In this document: piece after piece, positions 18,441 to 26,065 of the stretch
Layout of the letters: the number at the start of each line of letters is the position of its first letter
How positions within the stretch are numbered: position 1 is the first letter of the stretch
Assembly (NCBI GenBank): GCA_038227875.1
Contig: JBBRPR010000012.1
Coordinates: 125,619 to 189,618, forward strand
Origin: Planctomycetota bacterium
GTDB taxonomy: Bacteria > Planctomycetota > SZUA-567 > H5-PLA8
DNA: 64,000 bases
Direction of reading: 5' to 3'
Notes under the pieces: model-generated
What the model was told of the DNA's origin: nothing
The model's input: the letters and a program-made list of their open reading frames with translations, nothing else
Databases searched by the model: none
Position numbers and translations under genes: made by a program

Positions 18441-20384
18441 ATGAGCGACGACGCGAAGATCACCGATCTGCCCAAGGCCAACACCTATTCCGGCGGCTGC
18501 GATCACGATCACGGCCCCAGCGCCAGTTGGATGAAGACGCAGGGCGCCGGTTCCGCGCCTCGCGTGCGGACGGGCGTGATTCTCTCTGTGATTCTGCTGA
18601 TGTACGCCGGACTCTCCGCGCGACTGTTTCAAATTCAGGTCGGCCAGCATAAGGTCTGGGACAAACGCCAGGGTGACCAGGAAGTAACCCGTGAATTGAT
18701 AGACGCGCAGCGCGGTCCGATTTGCGATCGCAATTGGCTGCCGCTGGCCTTCTGCGTTCCGCGCGACACGGTCATCGCGGACTTGCTGTTGATGAAGGAT
18801 CAGGCCGATCGCGACAGTGCTGCGGCCAAGATTGCGCCGCTGCTGAATATGCCGGTCGCGGAGCTCGAACAGAAACTCAACCGCTACAGCACGACCTCGA
18901 CGCCAGCTCCGGCCTCGATTGAGTCTTCGCCTGCGGGAGCCGCTCCGCCGAAAACGCAGGAGAAGCACCGCATCGTTTACCTCGCGCGCAACATCGATAC
19001 CGACGTCGCCGACAAGATTCGCGCGCTAAAGATCAAGGGCATCGGTTTTGAGGATACCTTCCGGCGCACGTATCCGCAGGGCAATCTGGCCTGCCATGTC
19101 ATCGGCTGGGCCGGGTTGGACGGCGGCATGGAAGGCCTCGAGATGGAGCTCGACCCGCTGCTGAAGGGTACGCCGGGTTATCTGCGGTATTATCGCGACG
19201 CAGCCAAGCGGCTGATCGCACTCAACGACGGCAGCGTCTCGCCCACGACCGGCACACCGCCGCGCGACGGACTGTCGATCTGCCTGACCATCGACGCGCG
19301 CATTCAGCAGACGGCCGAAGAAGAGCTGAACAAGATCCAGGAAGAGTTCCAGCCAAAGGCCGCGACCTGCATCGTCATGGACGTGAGCACCGGCGCGATT
19401 CTGGCGATGGCGGTGACGCCGAATTTCGATCCGAACTCGCCGTCGAAATCGGCCAATGAAAACCGCCGCAACCGCACGATCACCGACTTCTACGAACCGG
19501 GCTCGACGTTCAAGTCGTTCGTCGCATCCGTCGCGCTGGAACGGAAGCTCTGGCGCCGCACCGAAATGCTCGACTGCGAAAACGGCGCCTGGCACCTGGG
19601 CTGGCGCACGCTCCATGACGCGCACGCCTATGGCATTTTGAGCTTCGATGACGTCATCGCCAAATCGAGCAACATCGGCGCGGCGAAAATCGCGTCGCGA
19701 CTGGGACTCAACGGCCTGTGGGATGTCGTGAATCTCTACGGATTCGGACATCCCACGGGCATCAAGTTTCCCGGCGAACGCGCGTACGGCGTGCGCCCGC
19801 GCAAGAAGTGGTCGAACGACAGTTTGTACTCCGTCGGCATGGGCCAGGAAATCTGCGTGACGCCGCTGCAACTGGCGACGGCCTATTCGGCGGTAGTCAA
19901 CGGCGGGATCCTCTACCGCCCGAAAATCGTGCAGCGCATCACCAATGAAGGCGGCGACGAACTGTACGCGCTTCATCCGCAGTCCGTGCGCCGGGTGATC
20001 AGCGAACAGACCAGCGCGCAGATGCGCCAGGTTCTGGCCCGCGTCGTTCAGCCCGGCGGCACCGGCATGCGCGCGTTCTGCGCGGAATGGCAGATCGGCG
20101 GCAAGACCGGCACGGCGCAGAAAGTCGATCCCGTCACCCACAAATACAGCAACAGTATGTACGTCGGTTCGTTCTGCGGCTTCGCCCCGGTCGACAACCC
20201 GCGGCTGGTCTGCCTGATCACCGTCGATGAGCCCCACAAGGGTATCGGCTACTACGGTGGCACGGTGGCCTGCCCGGGCGTGCGGGAAGTGCTCCGAAAA
20301 GGCATGACAGTGCTCAATGTTCCGCCCCGTTCTGCCGATGAACAGAAGAAGGCAATTGCGGACGCAAAGGTAAGCGGGCACTAG
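18441..20384 (+). CDS. ftsI: Class B penicillin-binding protein (FtsI-like)
   Basis: RGPICDRN, RTYPQG, EPGSTFK (SxxK), KSSN (SxN), GKTGTAQK. Confidence 0.9.
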   Translation: MSDDAKITDLPKANTYSGGCDHDHGPSASWMKTQGAGSAPRVRTGVILSVILLMYAGLSARLFQIQVGQHKVWDKRQGDQEVTRELIDAQRGPICDRNWLPLAFCVPRDTVIADLLLMKDQADRDSAAAKIAPLLNMPVAELEQKLNRYSTTSTPAPASIESSPAGAAPPKTQEKHRIVYLARNIDTDVADKIRALKIKGIGFEDTFRRTYPQGNLACHVIGWAGLDGGMEGLEMELDPLLKGTPGYLRYYRDAAKRLIALNDGSVSPTTGTPPRDGLSICLTIDARIQQTAEEELNKIQEEFQPKAATCIVMDVSTGAILAMAVTPNFDPNSPSKSANENRRNRTITDFYEPGSTFKSFVASVALERKLWRRTEMLDCENGAWHLGWRTLHDAHAYGILSFDDVIAKSSNIGAAKIASRLGLNGLWDVVNLYGFGHPTGIKFPGERAYGVRPRKKWSNDSLYSVGMGQEICVTPLQLATAYSAVVNGGILYRPKIVQRITNEGGDELYALHPQSVRRVISEQTSAQMRQVLARVVQPGGTGMRAFCAEWQIGGKTGTAQKVDPVTHKYSNSMYVGSFCGFAPVDNPRLVCLITVDEPHKGIGYYGGTVACPGVREVLRKGMTVLNVPPRSADEQKKAIADAKVSGH

Positions 20385-20387
20385 AAA

Positions 20388-20418
20388 TGGCTCTTGGCTG
20401 TTAGCTCTTGGCTCTTGG
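20388..20418. repeat. Heptanucleotide tandem repeat
   Basis: TGGCTCT-TGGCTGT-TAGCTCT-TGGCTCT-TGG between ftsI and murE. Confidence 0.75.
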
Positions 20419-20488
20419 GGGTGTGATCGCGACTGCGCCCAGCAGGATTCTTGAACTTCAGCAATGGCGAACTTTTCGGAGAGCTTCG

Positions 20489-21952
20489 ATGAAACTTGAG
20501 ACACTGGCGACCTACGCGACGGCCCAACTTCTGACACCCGCCGAACAGAAAGTGGAAATCACGGGCATCACCTGCGATTCGCGCAGCGTGAAGGCCGGCG
20601 ACCTGTTTGCAGCGCTGCCGGGCTCAAAAATCGACGGTTCGGTCTTCGCCAAACAGGCGGCCGAACGCGGTGCGGCGGCGATTCTCACGGAAACTCCCGA
20701 ACTCCTGACTGGTCTGCCGCAACTCGTCTGCAAAAATGCGCGCTTGAGCCTCTCGCAGGCCGCGCGCGCGTTCTACGGCTACGCGGACAAGGAATTGAAG
20801 CTGGGCGCGGTGACGGGAACGAATGGCAAGTCGACCACGGCGTATCTCGTCCGCCACCTGCTGAACAAAGCCAACCTGCGCTGCGGAATGCTCGGCACCA
20901 TTGAATACGATCTCGGTTCGGAAAGCATCGAAGCGCCATTGACGACGCCTGAGTCGCTCGATCTGCACCGCTACCTGCGCACGATGGCCGATGCCGGCTG
21001 CAAAGCGGCGATGATGGAGACCTCGAGCCATTCGCTCTGCCAGCACCGCGTCGCGGGATTGGATTTCGCAGTCGGTGTCTTCACCAATTTGACGCAGGAT
21101 CATCTCGACTACCACCGCACGATGGAAGAGTACCGCGCGGCCAAGGGCATTCTGTTTCGCAATCTGTCGAGCGACGCGGTGGCGGTGTTGAACCTCGACG
21201 ACGCCGCGAGCGCCATTTATGCCAAAGAGACAAAGGCGAAAGTCCTGGGCTTCTCGACGAAGAATACCGGAGACATCTGCGGCCGGATTCGCAGCATGGA
21301 TATTCACGGCACGCGCTTCCAGCTCGATACGCCGTGGGGCAAGCGGCAGATCATCTGGCGGCTGGTCGGCCTGCATAACGTTGAGAATTGCATGGGCGCC
21401 GTCGCCGCGGCCGTTTCGCTTGGTGCGAAGTTCGACGATGTCGTCGAAGCGCTCGGCTCGTTCGCCGGCGTTCCCGGACGGCTCGAGTCGGTCGGCGATC
21501 ACGACAAGGTCCCGTTCCGCGTCTTCGTCGATTACGCGCATACCGACGACGCCTTGAAGAGTGTGATGCGCGCGCTTCGTGAACTGAAACCCTCGCGCCT
21601 GATCACCGTGTTTGGTTGTGGCGGCGACCGCGACCGAACTAAGCGGCCGAAGATGGCCAAAGCCGTCGAAGAGATGGCCGACCTGGGCGTGATCACCAGC
21701 GATAACCCGCGTACGGAAGATCCCGAAGCGATCATCGCCGACATTTGGAAGGGCATTCAAAACGAACGCCGCTTTATTGTGGAAATCGACCGCGCGCGGG
21801 CCATCGGCATGGCGATCCGCGAAGCGCGGCCCGGCGATGTAGTGCTGATCGCCGGTAAAGGTCATGAGAACTACCAGATCTTCGGCAAGGAGAAGCGTCA
21901 CTTTTCCGACGTCGAAGCGGCCACGGAAGCGCTGGCCAAGCTGCAGTCCTGA
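20489..21952 (+). CDS. murE: UDP-MurNAc-L-Ala-D-Glu:meso-DAP ligase MurE
   Basis: DSRSV, VTGTNGKST, TTPES, NLTQDHLDYH, VDYAHT, GCGGDRD, SDNPR (DAP-specific), AGKGHE; GGAG upstream of ATG 20489. Confidence 0.96.
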   Translation: MKLETLATYATAQLLTPAEQKVEITGITCDSRSVKAGDLFAALPGSKIDGSVFAKQAAERGAAAILTETPELLTGLPQLVCKNARLSLSQAARAFYGYADKELKLGAVTGTNGKSTTAYLVRHLLNKANLRCGMLGTIEYDLGSESIEAPLTTPESLDLHRYLRTMADAGCKAAMMETSSHSLCQHRVAGLDFAVGVFTNLTQDHLDYHRTMEEYRAAKGILFRNLSSDAVAVLNLDDAASAIYAKETKAKVLGFSTKNTGDICGRIRSMDIHGTRFQLDTPWGKRQIIWRLVGLHNVENCMGAVAAAVSLGAKFDDVVEALGSFAGVPGRLESVGDHDKVPFRVFVDYAHTDDALKSVMRALRELKPSRLITVFGCGGDRDRTKRPKMAKAVEEMADLGVITSDNPRTEDPEAIIADIWKGIQNERRFIVEIDRARAIGMAIREARPGDVVLIAGKGHENYQIFGKEKRHFSDVEAATEALAKLQS

Positions 21953-21996
21953 GTGTTCGAGTGGAGTTTTTAAGTGGAGCCGCGGGAGCGACATTC

Positions 21997-23493
21997 ATGG
22001 GCGTGACATTATCTTCGGCTGCGACAGGCCTCCAGACGTCCGCGCAGAAGCTCGGCGACCTTGCCGTTGCCGCGGGTGGTTATCTGGCTCGCGGACGAGC
22101 GGACATGACGGTGCGCGGTATTTTCACGGACACGCGTACGCCGCTCAAGGGCGGGCTGTTTGTCGCCCTGCGAGGGGACAATTTCGACGGCAATCACTTC
22201 GCCGCCGATGCAATCACAAAGCTCGGCGCGGCGGCGGTGCTCATCGACCGACCTGAAGCGCTGGACACGCTGCCGCCCAACGCCGCGGCGATTCTCGTCG
22301 AAGATTCGCGCGAAGGATACCTGGGCATCGCTGCGCACCATCGCCGTCAGCTCAACCAGGTGCTCTGGATCGGCGTGACCGGCTCCGTGGGCAAGAGCAC
22401 CACCAAGGAGATGCTCGGCTACATTCTCGAACACGCGTCGGGCTGGCGCGATCAGGCGGCGTGCTGGAGCGTGCACCGCGCCAAGGAAAGTTTCAACAAT
22501 GCCGTCGGCCTTTCGCACACAATTCTCGCTGCGAACCGGCAGCACCAGGCGTCGGTGCTCGAACTGGGCACCAATCATCCCGGTGAGATCAAGCAGCTTG
22601 CCGCCGTAGCGCGGCCGCAGATTGCCGTGATCACCTGCGCGGCCGAGTCGCATCTTGAAGCGTTCGGCAGCATCGCCAATGTCGCGCGCGAGAAGGCGGC
22701 GATCCTCGCGTTTCAGACCGAGCGCGAAATCGCAGTACTGAACGCCGACGATCCGCATTTCGAACTCTTTCGCCAGGCCGCTCGCGGCCGCGTGGTTACG
22801 TTCGGCACTTACGCACATGCCGATTACTGCGTGCGACAGTTGACGCTGACGCAGGGCATGGCGCGATTCCTGATCCGCCACGGCGACAACATTGCCGAAT
22901 GTGCGCTGCGCGTTCCGGGCGTGCATCAGGCCATGAACGCCGCCGCCGCGATTGCGGCCGCCTGCAGCGCGGGGCGTGACCTGCAGGACTGCGCTGCCGC
23001 GGTGAGTCACTTCGACGGCGTCGCGCGCCGTTTTGCCGTGCGCACGGTTCGCGGCGTGACGGTGATCGACGACGCGTACAACGCCAATCCGGCCAGCTTC
23101 CGCTCTGCGCTGGCGACGTTGAAGTCAATGTCGGCGCTGCGCAAATTCGTGGTGGCTGGCGACATGCTGGAACTCGGTGACGCCACACACACTCTCCACC
23201 AGATGCTCGGCTCGCAGCTGGCGGAATGCGGCCTCCATCGTCTCATCACGGTCGGCGCGCTGGCGGGAGAAGCCGGTGAAGCGGCGATCGCATCCGGAAT
23301 GAAACCATCGCAGTGGCTGGAGTGCAAGACGCCCGAGCAGGCCGCGCAGCAGCTTACGCCGCTGCTGGAGCATGGCGATGTCGTACTGGTGAAGGGTTCG
23401 CACGGCATCCATCTCGAACGCTGCATTGAACGGCTTTGCGGAGACTTCCGGCCCGCTGCCAACAGCTCGCGACTGGAAGTGCGCACGGCTTAA
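21997..23493 (+). CDS. murF: UDP-MurNAc-tripeptide:D-Ala-D-Ala ligase MurF
   Basis: TDTR, GDNFDG, GVTGSVGKSTTKEM, SFNN, ELGTNHPGEI, DDAYNANP, GDMLELG, VKGS; start uncertain (21961 or 21997). Confidence 0.95.
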   Translation: MGVTLSSAATGLQTSAQKLGDLAVAAGGYLARGRADMTVRGIFTDTRTPLKGGLFVALRGDNFDGNHFAADAITKLGAAAVLIDRPEALDTLPPNAAAILVEDSREGYLGIAAHHRRQLNQVLWIGVTGSVGKSTTKEMLGYILEHASGWRDQAACWSVHRAKESFNNAVGLSHTILAANRQHQASVLELGTNHPGEIKQLAAVARPQIAVITCAAESHLEAFGSIANVAREKAAILAFQTEREIAVLNADDPHFELFRQAARGRVVTFGTYAHADYCVRQLTLTQGMARFLIRHGDNIAECALRVPGVHQAMNAAAAIAAACSAGRDLQDCAAAVSHFDGVARRFAVRTVRGVTVIDDAYNANPASFRSALATLKSMSALRKFVVAGDMLELGDATHTLHQMLGSQLAECGLHRLITVGALAGEAGEAAIASGMKPSQWLECKTPEQAAQQLTPLLEHGDVVLVKGSHGIHLERCIERLCGDFRPAANSSRLEVRTA

Positions 23494-24398
23494 CGGTCTT
23501 TGATCGCGAGTCCTTCGAGTTTCTTGAGATCGTCCGAGCGCCTGTAGTGGAACGCCCAGAGGAAGATCTGGTTGCGTTCGGGGAAGTGTTGCACGCCGAT
23601 CTTGTAGCGGAAGCAGACGCGGAAAATCTGGTCGGCGTGGCCCAGCGCCCAGATTGCGCGGCGTTGGTAGGCGACTCCGCCGTCCTCGCTTGGAATGAAT
23701 TTCGGGCCGCGCAGACCCGCGATTCCGTTCAGGAATTCCGCGGCGAAGACATTCAGCGGCCGGCCGCTCAGCGCCATATCCGCCAGTGAAATCAAAAAGA
23801 CATACAGTCGGCGGCTGCGCCACTCAAAGACCATCTGCTTGCGTCCCGAGAGGAAAATCGTTTCGGCGAGCTTAAAATCGCTGCTCAGCCGGAACGCAAA
23901 ATCGAACGTTTCCCAGGGAACAATGGGGCTGTCGTGGATTTTCAGCGAATCGGCAATGCTACGCAGCAGCTCCGTCTCCTTCGTGCCGCTGGTGTTGTGG
24001 ATTTCTTCTTTGTAGAAGTAGATCAGGAACGAGAAGAAGCGTCGTTGTTCGGTGGCCAGGCACGACGCGGCGAGCAGGTGGTTGCCGTCGGCCATCACGT
24101 ACAGCGTGGCGAACCAGCCCTTGGGCAGTTCCGACAATTCCTTGCTGCTGAGCGCCTGCTTTTTGAATGCGCGCCCGGCCTTGGCGTAACGCTGTTGGAT
24201 GCGCAGTGCGTTGAAGCGCGGCGGGAGGCGGGTCCATTCGGCGACCAGGCGCCGCACGGAGCCGTCGTCCATTTCAACATGCGAGCGGGTGGTGTTGGTT
24301 TCGTACGACGACATCTCCCACTCGTCGGGGACGCTGAACGAAATGCCGTCCCATGAAAAGGTGTGGAGTTTCGTTGCGGGAGTGGGCTTGCTTGGCAT
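23490..24398 (-). CDS. Hypothetical soluble protein, last gene of the ABC/RRE cluster
   Basis: 302-aa ORF with two apparently related halves (FSWDGISFSVPDEWE / WETFDFAFRLSSDFK); co-oriented with the cluster. Confidence 0.7.
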   Translation of the reverse strand: MPSKPTPATKLHTFSWDGISFSVPDEWEMSSYETNTTRSHVEMDDGSVRRLVAEWTRLPPRFNALRIQQRYAKAGRAFKKQALSSKELSELPKGWFATLYVMADGNHLLAASCLATEQRRFFSFLIYFYKEEIHNTSGTKETELLRSIADSLKIHDSPIVPWETFDFAFRLSSDFKLAETIFLSGRKQMVFEWRSRRLYVFLISLADMALSGRPLNVFAAEFLNGIAGLRGPKFIPSEDGGVAYQRRAIWALGHADQIFRVCFRYKIGVQHFPERNQIFLWAFHYRRSDDLKKLEGLAIKDR

Positions 24399-24409
24399 CG
24401 GAGCATTAG

Positions 24410-24440
24410 AAATTAAAAATTCAAAATTAAAAATTCAAAA
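24410..24440. repeat. Heptanucleotide tandem repeat
   Basis: AAATTAA-AAATTCA-AAATTAA-AAATTCA-AAA directly upstream of the start at 24398. Confidence 0.75.
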
Positions 24441-24475
24441 ACGCACGCGGGAGAATGTTGTTTTGGTTTAAAGTC

Positions 24476-24630
24476 GACTGTCGCGATTTCGGATTCCGCA
24501 GTCACCCTGTTGCAAATTTGCAACAGGGTTCCAGTAAATACCTTCTGGCCAATTGGCCAGAAGCACAACTAATGGTGGTGTTGTACCTGTAGAACACCTT
24601 GGGGACTGTAGTCCCTAAGGTCAGTTTGAC
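24476..24630. repeat. Chain of back-to-back, non-identical palindromes
   Basis: Perfect 26-bp (24504-24529) and 22-bp (24542-24563) palindromes; 1-mismatch palindromes at 24577-24598 and 24597-24620; weaker ones at 24476-24503, 24564-24577 and 24620-24630. Confidence 0.9.
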
Positions 24631-25371
24631 TCAGTGCGAGCCCACGCCTTCGATGCCGCCGATTTCGATGTTCACCTCGCCCTTCTTGGCGATGCGTTCG
24701 ATCTGGCCGTCTTTGATCCAGATCACGCGGTCGGAGGCGTTGAGCATTTTCAAGTCGTGCGTGGCGGTGATGATCGTGATGTTGCGGTCGTTCTTGAGGC
24801 CGTTGAGCAGCTTGATAATCTCTTCACCGGTCTTGAGGTCGAGATTTCCGGTCGGTTCGTCGGCGAGAATGATCGCGGGCTTGTTGACCAGCGCGCGAGC
24901 GATGGCGATGCGCTGCTGCTGGCCACCGGAGACTTGATGGGGGAGGTGGTCGAGGCGATGGCCGAGGCCGACCTGCTCGAGGACCTTCGCCGCGTCCTTG
25001 CGTGCGGTTTCCGGATCGATGCCGGCGAAGATGCGCGGAATGGCAACGTTTTCCAGCGCGGTCATTGTCGCGATCAGATTGAAGGACTGAAAAATGTAGC
25101 CGAGTTTGTGGCAGCGGACGAGCGCGAGTTGATTTTTGGAAATCGACGCGAGCTTGTAGCCTTCGACGGTGACGTTGCCGGACGTCGGCGTGTCCAAGCC
25201 GCCGATCATGTTAAAGAACGTCGACTTTCCCGAACCCGACGGGCCCATGATCGAGAGGTATTCGCCGCGAATGATGTCCAGCGTGATCCCGCGCAGGGCG
25301 TGCACTTCCTCGTGGCCCATGCGGTAGACCTTGGTGACGTTCTCGGCGCGGACGATGATGTTGTCGCTCAT
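24631..25371 (-). CDS. MacB/LolD-family ABC ATP-binding protein
   Basis: GPSGSGKST, GYIFQSFNL, VSGGQQQR, LADEPTGNLD, ATHD; ATGA coupling to the upstream permease fixes the start at 25371. Confidence 0.95.
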   Translation of the reverse strand: MSDNIIVRAENVTKVYRMGHEEVHALRGITLDIIRGEYLSIMGPSGSGKSTFFNMIGGLDTPTSGNVTVEGYKLASISKNQLALVRCHKLGYIFQSFNLIATMTALENVAIPRIFAGIDPETARKDAAKVLEQVGLGHRLDHLPHQVSGGQQQRIAIARALVNKPAIILADEPTGNLDLKTGEEIIKLLNGLKNDRNITIITATHDLKMLNASDRVIWIKDGQIERIAKKGEVNIEIGGIEGVGSH

Positions 25372-26051
25372 TCTTCCACCCTGAGCGCTTCGACGGGCTG
25401 CTTGGTGGCGGCCCAGTACGCCGGCGCGATTGAGGCAGCGACGGAAATCACCGTGCCGATGCCAAACGAAGCGGCAATGACGCCCATGATTTTCAGCCAT
25501 GGGCAGTAGGTCCAGGCAAAACCGTGGAAGCTGAACGTCGAAGCGGCGAACCCGAAAATCAGCCCGATGAGGATGCCGACGATAGTCGCCGCGACGCCCT
25601 GCAGCAGCGATTCGATGAAATATGTCTTCACGATGAACGAGTCAAGCGCGCCGACGCACTTCAGTGTGCCGATTTCCTTCACGCGTTCGGTCACGGACAT
25701 CAACATCGCGTTGACGATGCCGACCAGGCAGGTGATCAGCGATAAGGTGATGAGGATGAACATGCGGGTGTCGGTGCCGGCCATGCGCATCTTGTCGATT
25801 CCGGCATCCTGGAGCAGCGCATTGATCGCGTCGCGGTCGGTGGTGCTGACGTCGATCAGGGCGTGGACCATGACGTGGTTGACCAGCATGTAGCAGAGAA
25901 AGGCGATGGCCAGAATCACGCCGATCATGGCGACGAACGCGCGCATGCGGCGGCGCTTCAAGCTGCCCATGCTGACGGAAAAAACCACGGACCACGGCAC
26001 CGTGTAGCTTTCAGGCACATCCGTCGAAGTTGTCACGGCATTTTCAGCCAC
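25368..26051 (-). CDS. Small FtsX-like permease
   Basis: GIVNAMLMSVTERVKEIGTLKCVGA and PAYWAATKQPVEALRVE FtsX motifs; 4 TM with a very short periplasmic loop. Confidence 0.9.
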   Translation of the reverse strand: MAENAVTTSTDVPESYTVPWSVVFSVSMGSLKRRRMRAFVAMIGVILAIAFLCYMLVNHVMVHALIDVSTTDRDAINALLQDAGIDKMRMAGTDTRMFILITLSLITCLVGIVNAMLMSVTERVKEIGTLKCVGALDSFIVKTYFIESLLQGVAATIVGILIGLIFGFAASTFSFHGFAWTYCPWLKIMGVIAASFGIGTVISVAASIAPAYWAATKQPVEALRVEE

Positions 26052-26065
26052 ACCACACCCGTTTC

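Noticed and set aside
24476..24630. CRISPR array or integron attC array
   Set aside because: No repeated unit separated by spacers, every palindrome differs, no cas or integrase gene, and no GTTRRRY/RYYYAAC cassette structure
25372..25500. N-terminal extensions given by the ORF track (also 36077-36136, 37212-37304, 42440-42607, 20408-20488, 1262-1372)
   Set aside because: They overlap neighbouring genes, repeats or intergenic DNA; downstream ATGs fit family N-termini, RBS or stop-start coupling better
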